From: Antedon mediterranea
Taxonomy: Eukaryota; Animalia; Echinodermata
Direction of reading: 5' to 3'
Length of the DNA stretch: 64,000 bases
Assembly (NCBI RefSeq): GCF_964355755.1
Contig: NC_092679.1
Span: forward strand, 14,057,432-14,121,431
The position numbers and the translations under genes are program-made. Below, one piece after another: positions 37,403 to 49,396 of this stretch; within the stretch, counting starts at the first letter, position 1; each line of letters begins with the position of its first letter. The notes beneath the pieces are model-generated. The model saw only the letters and a list, made by a program, of their open reading frames with translations. It made no database searches and was not told the DNA's origin.

Positions 37403-38922
37403 TACGAATTTTGCTGAAATAATTTCGGAGAAACTGTAAGACAGTGCAAGTTTGTTTGCTTTAGGAGTTTGTATGCTGTGGTTACTATACTAACGCGATA
37501 CGTATACAATGGAAACAATTGCGCACTGCGCGCGTTACCATGGCTAGATGTTGGAGCATGCGCATTAATGCACTGTAAACTGCTGTGTGGAAAAATTTAC
37601 ATATAATAGGCTTCAGGCGTGGTCAGCTTTACCTTTACAGTAACAAACACCGAAGCAGAAGAAAACAACAAAAATGAGTAGCATTATTTTCATTCTTTTA
37701 TTTTAATAATAGATCAGGCACACAGCAGGCTACTTAGTGTATACAGTAGTGTGTTACCCTTTTACCATAATCATGAAAGCATACAAATCTAAATTTCAGT
37801 ATTTTTAATGATCTCTTTGAGAGACAAATTTTGTAAATTATTATCTGAGGATGGTGTAAATGCATCTACTGCAGTTTAGCATAGAAGGCTCCTGGCATTT
37901 AACTGCTGCCCAAAGACTGTTCTGGGGGGCGGAACCAACTACTGGAAAGGTTATAATGCTGTGAGTAAATTTTCTGTACAAAAAAGTTAACTCAACAAAC
38001 ACAAGAGGTTCATCTTTACAGCACTGCAGTAGACTCATTTCACATGTTATTTAAATTGAATACAGTATCCAGAAACTCAACAAGCCAATACATCAATAAC
38101 TCACAGAGCCATTTAACAATTTCACAGCAAAATCAACATAACTTCACACATATGATTTTAATTGAATTGAATAATCAATGAAATAATTTTTACTTTAGTA
38201 AATGGTTATATTTACAACAAAGGAATTGTTTATTGCATTTCAATGGAATACCTAAGAATGAAATGAGGTACTGGTATATGTCATTAGAAAACTAGCTTAT
38301 TACAGAAATATGTATAAATTAGTGTTGAATTGTTGAAAATGTTGAATTGAAAAGTAAAAGTTGACATAATGTATTATAACATTTTGTGAGCTTAAAAATG
38401 GAAATACCTTTACCAAAAACATTTAGTTAAACGTCAAAGTAAAACATTTTAAGAGTAAATGAACAAATTCTGATATGAAATTGTACATAAAGTGGTGGAT
38501 TTAATAAAGAAGAAATAAATGCCAATTTCTGTTGTTTACTTTAATCTACAATCAACAAATAATGAAAATATAATCTATGGAATTACAATAATATATTTGA
38601 ATAAATGATTTATATGATCTGGTGCACATTAGACATTATTACACATTTGCTTCAAGTAAACTTTAAAAAGATTTTATGTTTCAAACAACAGCTGCAATCC
38701 TATAGAATGTAATGAATATTTACCAATGCTTTACATATCAGTGTTGTGTTTGTATAGTCATGAAAGCCTTCACAACACCTTATTTATTTGTAAGAATGAA
38801 GTTTATTATGCTTGTTGATATGCCAAAGTTTACAAAGTAAAGGTGTATAAATGTCTAATTTGCACCATTCCTTACAATGGATGATTGAGTGGTTATAACT
38901 TGGCTTGCTGAGGTCCAAATTG

Positions 38923-39909
38923 TCAAGCGCTGCTTAGAAACTTAATGGCCATGTCTTTCTCCTCCAAAAGCTCCTTTGCGGTTATGTCCATTTTTTCCCG
39001 GGCAAAGTCACTAATGCTCAGGCCGTCTACAACACTCCAGCTTTTGTCAGCTCCAATTTTAACAGGCATACTATACACAATGTCTTTTGGGATACCATAC
39101 TTTGTTCCATCGGAGAGAACACCCATCGACACCCATTCATTCTGAGAAAATGCAAAGTTAACAAAGATGTACAAAAATTAGTCAAGCGGTAAATCAACAA
39201 TATTAATGGTCTTATTTTTATACAAATGTACATACAGAATCATTTTTTTTAAATTTATATTTTACACTTAATAATGGGCAAATTTTTGTTTTACAATTGC
39301 ATATAAATATAAAGCTAAGCTTATGCAATGCTGGTCAGAAAATATGTCCGAGCGGTAAACCAACAATATTAATGGTCCTATTTTTATAAAAATGTATATA
39401 AAGAGCCAGACACACAGAATCATTTTTTTTTCAATTATATTTTACACATAATTATGGGCACATTTTTGTTTTACAATTGCATATAAATATAATAAAGTTA
39501 GGTTATGCAATGCTGGCCAGTGCCGTAATGGCTATGAGCGCTTACTGGCTAAAGGGAAGCCGCCCACCCAGCGTTAGAAGGCCCCTTATTTTCCTCCAAG
39601 CCACTGATATTGTCTATGCTGAGAAATGTGTTTGTATGCTTTCATTTATATAGTTTTGACGTCCAATCTCGTCCTAATACTACTAATTATTAAATTATTA
39701 TCTTCCATACCAACCTCAACTCCCAGCAAACAAAATAAGGAAAACAAATATTTCATCTTTATAAGTTTATTTCATTAATTATATATAGAAAATACCTCTT
39801 TGGTTCCAAACCACCAATCCCTCATGTGATCACCAATAGCCTTTGCTGCTGACATGGCACTGGATAGCTTACGGGCCTTGATCACTGCACAGCCACGTGT
39901 TTGTACCGT
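38923..39909 (-). pseudogene. MDH1: Cytosolic malate dehydrogenase, last two exons only (5'-truncated duplicate)
   Basis: Exon 39909-39796 (114 nt): [38 protein letters not shown]. Exon 39141-38923: [27 protein letters not shown]...[18 protein letters not shown]...SSA*. These are typical MDH1 C-terminal motifs. No upstream MDH1 exons were found in the window. Confidence 0.9.
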
Positions 39910-40490
39910 CTAGAGAAAAAAAATAGAAAGTTAACAATAAATGATTGTATGTATCATTACCTATCCGGCGGAAAATTTTAATGTTTCATATTTTTACATT
40001 GTTTATCTAAATATGCATTTGTGTATTTAAAAAACTGCAGAATTTGTCCTGATATTCTTCAAATTTTCAATACCTCTTCTACTAAAAACAAGGCCAACAG
40101 CCATTAAGTCGCGTGCTACAATGCATAGTGATACCGGACCGACAGACAGACCGACAGACCGACAGACCGACAGACAGACCGACAGACAGACCGACAGACA
40201 GACAGACAGACAGACAGACCGACAGACCGACCGACCGACCGACATAGTGAACTATACTGACCAAAATTACTGAACATGTTTAAAAATGTACGCGCAACAG
40301 AGATCAAATTGATGCGCCCTCATCTTTCAGTATTTTTATTCACGAGGCGGGATCTCCGAAGAGATACTTTTATATATATAAACACAATAGGCAAAGAACA
40401 TTAATTCTAAACCGCCCGGTGATATACTGAAATTTAATTAATTAATTTGAAACGATAAAGATGAGGAAATCTGTGAGAATGAGAAAAAGT

Positions 40491-40563
40491 CGCCCCAACC
40501 GAGACTCGAACTCGGACCGCCCTGCTTGATATGCAGATGTCCTAACCATTAGACCACTGGGGC
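40491..40563 (-). tRNA. tRNA-like cloverleaf, anticodon ATC (nominally Asp); gene or repeat-borne pseudogene
   Basis: GCCCCAG TG GTCTAATGGTTAGGAC A TCTGC ATATCAA GCAGG GCGGT CCGAG TTCGAGT CTCGG TTGGGGC G. Full 7-bp acceptor, D, anticodon and T stems; A and B boxes; TTTTT two bases downstream. Confidence 0.55.
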
Positions 40564-40855
40564 TTTCATGGTATTGTTCGAACTCGATTGGATAACGACT
40601 CTTTAACATTCTCGGCGTGGTACGGCGGAACAGCACTAGTCCGCAGTTGTACGCACGCGCAACAGAGATCAAATTGATGCGCCCTCATCTTTCAGTATTT
40701 TTATTCACGAGGCGGGATCTCCGAAGAGATACTTTTATATATATAAACACAATAGGCAAAGAACATTAATTCTAAACCGCCCGGTGATATACTGAAATTT
40801 AATTAATTAATTTGAAACGATAAAGATGAGGAAATCTGTGAGAATGAGAAAAAGT

Positions 40856-40927
40856 CGCCCCAACTGAGACTCGAACTCGGACCGCCTGCTTGATATGCAG
40901 ATGTCCTAACCATTAGACCACTGGGGC
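40856..40927 (-). tRNA. tRNA-like copy 2 (ATC), one T-stem mismatch
   Basis: Same sequence, 72 nt, T stem CCGAG/CTCAG. Confidence 0.4.
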
Positions 40928-40997
40928 TTTCATGGTATTGTTCGAACTCGATTGGATAACGACTCTTTAACATCCGATTTCCTCATCTTTATCGTTT

Positions 40998-41064
<67 letters not shown>

Positions 41065-41171
41065 AAATCAGGCAAAGAACATTAATTCTAAACCGCCCGG
41101 TGATATACTGAAATTTAATTAATTAATTTGAAACGATAAAGATGAGGAAATCTGTGAGAATGAGAAAAAGT

Positions 41172-41243
41172 CGCCCCAACCGAGACTCGAACTCGTACCG
41201 CCTGCTTGATATGCAGATGTCCTAACCATTAGACCACTGGGGC
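41172..41243 (-). tRNA. tRNA-like copy 3 (ATC), one T-stem mismatch
   Basis: Same sequence, 72 nt, T stem ACGAG/CTCGG. Confidence 0.4.
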
Positions 41244-41379
41244 TTTCATGGTATTGTTCGAACTCGATTGGATAGCGACTCTTTAACATTCTCGGCGTGG
41301 TACGGCGGAACAGCACTAGTCCTCAGTTGTACGCACGCGCACCAGAGATCAAATTGATACATATATATATATATATATT

Positions 41380-43640
41380 TTTAAATACACAATTACGCTA
41401 CAGGACAACACAAACACAACAAAAGGACAAACGTAAAGGGTATAGTATAATGTACTTACATACATATAATTACATATATACTTGCAGGAGGTAAGAAAAA
41501 AAAGTTTGATGAAAAAGTTTTATTAATACGATCTGTATTGTGATAAAAGGAATTGTTTATAATTGGATTTGAATGTATTTAAGTTATTAGTATTTAGTAA
41601 GGATTGACTTAAATTATTCCATACTAGAGGACCATGGTATTTGATAGAATTCCGGATTGTGTTATGGGTTAAATTTATTGTGGCGTAATTGTTGGCGTTT
41701 CTTGTATTGTAGTTGTGAAATTCATTATTTTTGATGAAGAAATGTTTGAAAATATTTGGAAGTTGATTGTTTGAATATCTGTGCATAAGTGTGGCGATTT
41801 GTAATTTGTTAATATCGAAGATGTTTAGGGTATTAAGTTTAAAGAAAAGGGACTTTGTGTGGGCTATATAGTGAGAATTGGTACAAATGCGAATAGCCCG
41901 TTTTTGGAGTTTAAAGAGTTTGTCTAATTTAGAAATATGTGTGGAAGCCCATGGACAGAGAGTTTTATTTTTAGTATCTGTAATTCCCCAAGCAATGTTA
42001 CAATAGGATAGATAAGGTAAAATTAATGTGTTATATAAAGAAAAGAGGATATTAGAGGGTAGAATATAATTATTTAAGTTTTTTTAGACACCGATGTTTT
42101 TTGAAATTTTATTAGTTATATTTGTTATATGGGTTTTCCAGTTTAAGTTATCATCTATAGTTACACCAAGGAACTGAGAATAAGTAACCCTTTTGATAGG
42201 AGTGTTTTCTATATGGATTGTGTTTTGATTGTCATTCCGTGTTCTATTTGGAGAAAAGTGTATATATTCAGTTTTGTTCAGTGAGAGTCTATTAAGTTTA
42301 AGCCAGTGAGATATATGTTTTATTTCCTTATTAAAAATTCTGGTTAAGGTGTTGTAGTCAGGATGGGAGGAAAAAATGTTCGTGTCGTCGGCAAACAGGA
42401 CGTATTCAAAAGAGTTGGAAGCGTTGATGATGTCGTTGACATAAATGAGAAAAAGTAGAGGACCAAGAATTGATCCTTGGGGCACATCGCAGGTTATAGG
42501 AAGAACTTCTGAGGAGTAGGAGCCGAAAGAGGTGATTTTTTTAAGATAGTTAGAAAGTAGAGATAGAGGAGTTCCGCGGATACCATAGTGACTTAGTTTA
42601 GTTAAAAGAATTGTGTGGTTAATAGTGTCAAATGCTTTAGACAAGTCCAAAAATAAGCCAATAGTATGGTGGTTTTTAGATAAGGCGTTAGAGATTTTAC
42701 TTTGAATGTCAAGGATTGCAAGATCGGTAGAATGTTTTGGTCTGAAGCCATATTGGTTATCATGAAAAGATGTATGTGAAGAAAGAAAGTTGTAAAGTCT
42801 ATTGTATATAAGGCGTTCGAGTATTTTAGAAAAGCAAGGCAAAATTGAGATTGGACGGTAGTTTTCAAAGGAATGGGAATAATTTTTTTTATGAATAGGA
42901 ATTACTTTGGCGATTTTTAAGGATGATGGAAATACACCATTAGTTAGTGATAGATTAAAGATGTGGGTAAGGGGTCTGGTAATAAAAGGTCCAATTTCTT
43001 TAATAATCGTGGGTTCAATATCATCAAGGCCAGCACTTTTACTGTTTTTTAGATTAGAAATTATTTCAAGAATCTCTTTACCAGATGTAGGTTGGAAGAA
43101 AATTGAATTTTGAGTGGGTTTCCTTAGATAATCAGTAAAGTTGCCATAAGTAGCCGAAATTTTAGAAGAAAGTTTAGGTCCAATATCAGTAAAATAGCGA
43201 TTGAATTTATTGGCAATTTGAGATGGGTCAGTAATGTTTGTACCATTATCTGTAAAATAACTAGGAAGCGTCTTTGTGGTGTTTTTACAGAGAATGTTAT
43301 TAATTATATTCCAGGTTTTTTTAATGTTATTTTTATAGTCGTTAAACTTATTTGTATAGTGTTGCTTACATGATGTTCTTATTAATCGTGTGAGTTTATT
43401 TCTGTAAGTAATGTAATTGGTTTTATTAATCATATTTGGTGTTTTTATATATTTTTTATATAATTTATTTCTATTGTTTATAGATTTGATTATACCTTTT
43501 GTTATCCATGGTTTACAAAGTTTACGTTTGTTAATTTTAGTTCTTGTCTTTGGGAGGTGAGTATCGTATAGTGAAGAAAATCTGTCGAGAAAAATATTGT
43601 AGGATTCATTTGCAGAGTTATTTTGGTAGAGTTGAAAAAG
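41380..43640 (-). mobile_element. 5'-truncated CR1/L2-group LINE related to the one at 3285-5285
   Basis: ORF 42084-43724 has KPWITKGI, NYRPISILPCFSKILER, FLDLSKAFDT, VPQGSILGPLLF and FADDT. A frameshifted C-terminus continues to 41523. Shares the CPW insertion with the element at ~4100. Confidence 0.93.
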
Positions 43641-46624
43641 TAAGTCAAGAAAACAGAAATCGGGCAAAAAGAGTGCGCAATAACATTTGACGCGCAGTGC
43701 GCGCGCAAAAATATGCGCACTCATGGCAATTTTGTAAACGCATGAAATTGCCTGAAACGTACTCTTATTTCATCGAAAATAAATTTTGAAAATTTTAAGC
43801 GCGCGTACGCATGCGTTACATGCGCTACGCACGTAATTGTATTGCCATATGATGATTTATGCCCTGAAATTTATGAGTACCAAATTGGTTGTGAAGATAT
43901 GATTACAAACGTGATTTCGTTAAATCGTGCGTAGACCGCGTAATTTTTTATTGCGCACCGTTAAAACATAACCACATCGATTCCTGGCCATAAGGAATAT
44001 ACTGTGAAAAATTAACCTAGCTAGATTAAACTGATATCAAGATAAGGTCAGAAAGCGATAAAACGCATAGTGACCGACCGACCGACATAGTGAACTATAG
44101 AGTCGCTTCAACGCGACTAAAAATGCATTAATATTAAAATGTATATTTTGAGGTGGTCGAAAACGTAAAAAAAGATGAAAACGAGTTAGTGTTTACACCG
44201 CCCGACCGACGCGACCGACCAACCGAAATTGCTGAAAATGTTTAAAAAAATGTTGAACACAATTTTAAAAACATTTATAATTGCCCCCAAGTATTAATAT
44301 CCACTGTCAAAATAATATGAATACTGTATGAGTTTTTGTTTACACCGACCCACGCGACTAAAAACTTGATTTGTATGTTATTTCAAATTTACATATAACA
44401 GGCTACAGGTGTACTCAGCTTAATTACCTTTACAACAAAAACCAAAGCGCAGCAGAAGAAAACAAGGCCATATAGATGGCTGCAGTCGCGTGCTCATTAG
44501 TGTTTACCGACCGACCGACCAACCTACCAACTGACCGAAATTACTGAACATGTTTAAAAATGTTGAAATGTTTAAAAACATTTATATTTTTTTAATTTAA
44601 ACGTGCGTAGCCTGTCACTTTTTACGTGCTCGTATAACGTAATTTCGAGTTGAAAAGTATGTCAAGAAAACAGAAATCGGGCAAAAAGAGTGGGCAATAA
44701 CATTTAACGCGCAGTACGCGCGCCAAAATCTGTGCACTCATGGCAATTGTGTAAACGCTTAAAATTGCCTGAAACGTACTCTTATTTCATCGAAAATAAA
44801 TTTTGAAAATTTTAAGCGCGCGTACGCATGCGTTTATGCGCTACGTACGTAATTGTATTGCCATATGATGATTTATGCCCTGAAATTTATGAGTACCAAA
44901 TTTTATTTAATTGTGATTCATGTTTGTGAAGATATGATTACAAACGTGATTTCGTTAAATCGTGCGTATACCGCGTAATTTTTTATTGCGCACCGTGAAA
45001 ACATAACCACATCGCTTCCTGGCCATAAAGAATATACTGTGAAAAAATTTACTTAGCTAGATTAAACTGATATCAGGATAAGGTCAGAAAGCGATAAAAC
45101 ACATAGTGATACCGGACCGACAGACAGACCGACAGACCGACAGACCGACCGACCGACCGACATAGTGAACTATAGAGTCGCGTCCACGCGACTAAAAACA
45201 ACAACAAGGCCCTATTATGTGGCTGCAGTCGCGTGCTCAAGGTATTGTTTACCGACCGACCAACCGGCTGAAATTGCTGAACATGTTTAAAAATGTTGAA
45301 AATGTTTAAAAACATTTATATTTTTTTAATTTACACGTGCGTAGCCTGTCACTTTTAACGTGCTCGTATAACGTAATTTTGAGTTAAAAAGTGAATCGAT
45401 ATTATTAAAGAAAGGTTGTAAAACAGAAATCGGGCACAAAAAGAGTGCATATTAACATTTAACGCACGTGCACAAATCTGCGCACTCATGGCAATTTTTT
45501 AAACGCTTAAAATTGCCAATTTGAAAATTTTAAGCGTGCATATGCATGTGTTACATGCGCTACGCACGTAATTGTATTGCCATGATGATTTATGCCTTGA
45601 AATTTATGAGTACCAAATTTGATTTCATTGTGATTCATGCTTGTGAAGATATGATTACAAACATGATTTCGTTAAATCGTCCGTAGACCGCGTAACTTTT
45701 GATTGCGCACCGTGAAAACATAACCACATCGATTCCTGGCCATAAGGAATATACTGTGAAAAATTGACTTAGCTAGATGAAACTGATATCAAGACAAGGC
45801 CAATAAAAGTTAGTGCTTACAGACCGACCGACCGACCAACCAACCAACCGATATAGTGAGCTATAAAGTCGCGTTGCACGCGACTAAAAATGTGTAGCAT
45901 TATTTTCATTGTATAATCGTTTAGTCTAATCTACTTAGTGTATACATCAATGTGTATATATTATACCCTTTCTACCATAATCATGAAAGAATAGAAATCT
46001 TTATTTCAGTCTTTTGCAAATTGTTATTGGAGAGGACGATAAATGTATCTACTGCAGTTTATTAGAGGCAGAGCTGACTGTTGCGCAAAGACGGCTCTGG
46101 GTGGAACAACCGGCCAACTACTAGGGAGGTCATAATGCAGCGAGTTGAATTATCTATATACAAAAAAGTTACTCAACAAACACAAGAGATTGACCATTGA
46201 GAATGTAGTTTATCTTGTGTATAACATTTTATTTTCAAATCATTTCATATTAATTAAGACGTTTAAAAAGTATGCAAATATGTGTCTTGAAAATTTATTT
46301 TGATCACGTGGTGCCCATGCAGGTTTCCTTTCATTCGGATCATCAAACGGTCGCTTTCATCTACTGTCATCATGCGAAGTTAGACTATGGGTAATTAGGA
46401 ATTGAGATACACTCTCATATACATACATACATTTAGTTTATTCTGTGACAGTACTCAGTTCGCTGCCATGAACATGATCATTGGAACGAAACATGCCTCT
46501 GGGTTTTACCACGTTCTCGGAGTACATACATCTTGAGAGTACAGTAACTTTAAATAAATTAAATTTAAATCATTAAAACAGTCTCTGATACTATGAATTC
46601 CTATACCAATGTTGTATGGTTTGT

Positions 46625-47711
46625 CTATTGCCTAGGTCCTTTGTAATCTCGACGTAAACTGCTGCTCTGATTTTGAGGTCGTGTCAGGTCTGGTGGTCTT
46701 GGTGCTACTTTTGAGTGTTTTGACATTTTTCCTGTGGCATTTATTGATGGTAATGTCAAATGGGTATCTTCGTCACTGGGAAGACAAGTTTCAATCAGTC
46801 GTGGTGGGCTCAGTTGTGGCCTGTTCGTTAGTCGCCCATTTGGTGGTTGCTTCCTCGCAGCTTTCTTGTCTGTTGCTGTCTGACGACCAATGCTATTCGA
46901 GGATCGTCTTCCAATAGCAGCATTATCAAGCGATGGCCTACTTCCTGATTGGATGGTTGGAAATAAGTTAGTAGTACGTCCGACGCTTCCATCTGAAAGT
47001 TTTTGTCTTGTGTCAGAAGTGTAGTGGTTGCCCATCTTTTGACAGCTTGCAGTCGTTGAGCTAGAGTTGCCTCTATGGAGTCTTTTAAATAAAGGACTAG
47101 ATTTACCAGCAAGATCAACCATATCCAGAAGACTTCTTTCGTGCTGCTTCTTTCTTTGAGGCTTTCTTGTGTCCTTGATTGAGTCTGCAAAGTGAATATA
47201 AGTTACACTTTTAATTAGGTCTTGTTTAATTTCAATCCATTTAAACTAAAGCATGGTAGACTGGTTTGACTCCATCTCCTATCCCATCAGTGGTAGCCTA
47301 TGTGGTTCTTAATTGGGAGACATGTGTTTTACCTTCATGGTTAGAGAATCCTATTTTCGATGACATCAAGTCAGACCCAGAAGCGACATCTGAAGAATGC
47401 ACATCAAAGATCTGAAAATCCATGTTTGATCTATATCTACGATCGTCAGATAATCTATATAAGACATGGATTTATAAACAATAATGTTGTTCTAAATGAT
47501 TTCGGTACAAATAACTAAATACGGTTATGTATGTAGGCCTATATATTGAATTGGCGTGTGGTGTGTACCTAGGCTAAAAAAACATTGATACAAAAAATCG
47601 TTCAAAAAATGTTTCAAAACACAAATCTTTTATCTATTTATTAAACATGCGATTGAAATTTCATTTAGACTATAATTTAGTAACTTACCGTTTGTTTTTT
47701 CGTGAAGCCAT
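46625..47711 (-). CDS. Uncharacterised 234-aa protein, copy 3 (type A)
   Basis: Exons 47711-47689, 47454-47333, 47184-46625; intact. Confidence 0.8.
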
Positions 47712-49396
47712 TAGTAAATTATGCTGAAGTATTTTCGGAGAAATTGTAAGACAGTGTAGTAAGCTTGTTTGCTTTTAGACGTTTGTATGCTGTAGTTACT
47801 ATACTAACGCGATACGTATACGTGGCAACAATCACGCGCTGCGCCCGTTACCATGGCTTGAAGTTAGAGCATGCGCATTAATGCACTGTAATCTGCAGCT
47901 GTGATGTGTGGCAAACAAGTATGACATGAACTTACATTGTTATAAATTAACACGACCATTATTATATATGGCTGCAGTTGCGTGCGAAAATTTGAGTTAG
48001 TGTCAGACCGACTGACCTACAGACCGATCGACATAGTGAGGTATAGATTTGCGTTTGCACGCGATTAAAAATGTTGAACAATTGTTAAAACATTTATATT
48101 TGCCTCCAAGTATTAATATCGAGTGTCAAATAATAAAGAAATATGAATATGAGTTAGTGTTTACCGACCGACTAACAGACCGAAATTGCTGAACATGTTA
48201 ACCGACTAACAGACCGAAATTGCTGAACAAGTTAAAAAATGTTGAAAACATTTTTTAAACATTTATATTTGCCTCCAAGTATTAATATCCAGTGTCAAAA
48301 TAACGAAAAAAAGATGAAGATGAGTTAGTGTTTACACCGACCGACCGAGGGGCGACCGACCAACCGAAATTGTTGAAAATGATAAAAAAATGTTAAACAC
48401 ATTTTAAAAACATTTATATTTGCCGCACCTCCAAGTATTAATATCCACTGTCAAAATAATGAACAAATATGAATATGAGTTTGTGTTTACAGCGACCGAC
48501 TGAGATATAGAGTCGCGTTTGCACGCGACTAAAAACTTGATTTGCATGTTATTCTAAATTTACATATAACAGGCTACAGGTGTGCTCAAAAACCAAAGCG
48601 CAACAGAAGAAAAAACAACAAGGCCATATAGATGGCTGCAGTCACGTGCTCAATTTAGTGATTACCGACCGACCAACCGACCGACCCACCCACCAACCGA
48701 CCGAAATTGCTGAACATGTTTAAAAATGTTTAAATCTGCGCACTCATGGCAATTTTTTAAACGCTTAAAATTGCCTGAAACGTACTCTTATTTCATCGAA
48801 AATAAATTTTGACAATTTTTAAAATTTTAAGCGCGCATATGCATGCGTTACAAGCGCTACGCACGTAATTGTATTGCCATGATGATGAGTATCAAATTTT
48901 ATTAAATTGTGATTCATGCTTGTGAAGATATGATGTGCAAACATGATTTCCTTAAATCGTGCGTAGACCTCGTAATTGTTGATTGCGCACTGTGAAAACA
49001 TAACCTCATCGATTCCTGGCCATAAGGAATATACTGTGAAAAATTGACACATAGCTAGATTAAACTGATATCAAGGACAAGGCCTTATACAAGTTAGTGC
49101 TTACCGACCGACCGACCGACCGATATAGTGAGCTGTAGAGTAGTCGCGTTGTTGCACGCGACTAAAGTGTAGCATTATTTTCATTGTATAATCGTTTAGT
49201 CTAATCTACGTAGTGTATACAGCAATGTGTATATATTATACCCTTTCTACCATAATCATGAAAGAATACAAATCTTTATTACAGTCTTTTGCAAATTGCT
49301 ATTCGAGAGGATGATGAATGTATCTACTGCAGTTTATTAGAGGCAGAGCTGACTGTTGCGCAAAGACGGCTCTGGGTGGAACAACCGGCCAACTAC

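Larger units (their letters stand above)
40290..41358. repeat. ~3 copies of a 365-bp unit, each holding a tRNA-like sequence, with a short inversion and (AT)n between copies 2 and 3
   Basis: ACGCGCAACAGAGATCAAATTGATG at 40290 and 40655. Inverted GATTTCCTCATCTTTATCGTTTCAAA at ~40977-41002. (AT)n at 41001-41061. Confidence 0.9.
40086..44122 (-). mobile_element. HINE inserted in the MDH1 intron, itself interrupted by a tRNA-like tandem repeat and a LINE
   Basis: HINE halves at 40086-40289 and ~43630-44122. The empty site CTACTAAAAAAAATGCATT is seen at ~30463, 56477 and 61480. Confidence 0.8.

Noticed and set aside
40290-41358. Hammerhead ribozyme/retrozyme in the 365-bp tandem unit
   Set aside because: I could not find a CUGANGA...GAAA core with supporting stems on either strand by eye. 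An Infernal search would settle it.
43640-43724. Novel N-terminus on the 546-aa RT ORF
   Set aside because: It is chance read-through from flanking HINE sequence across the LINE truncation point.
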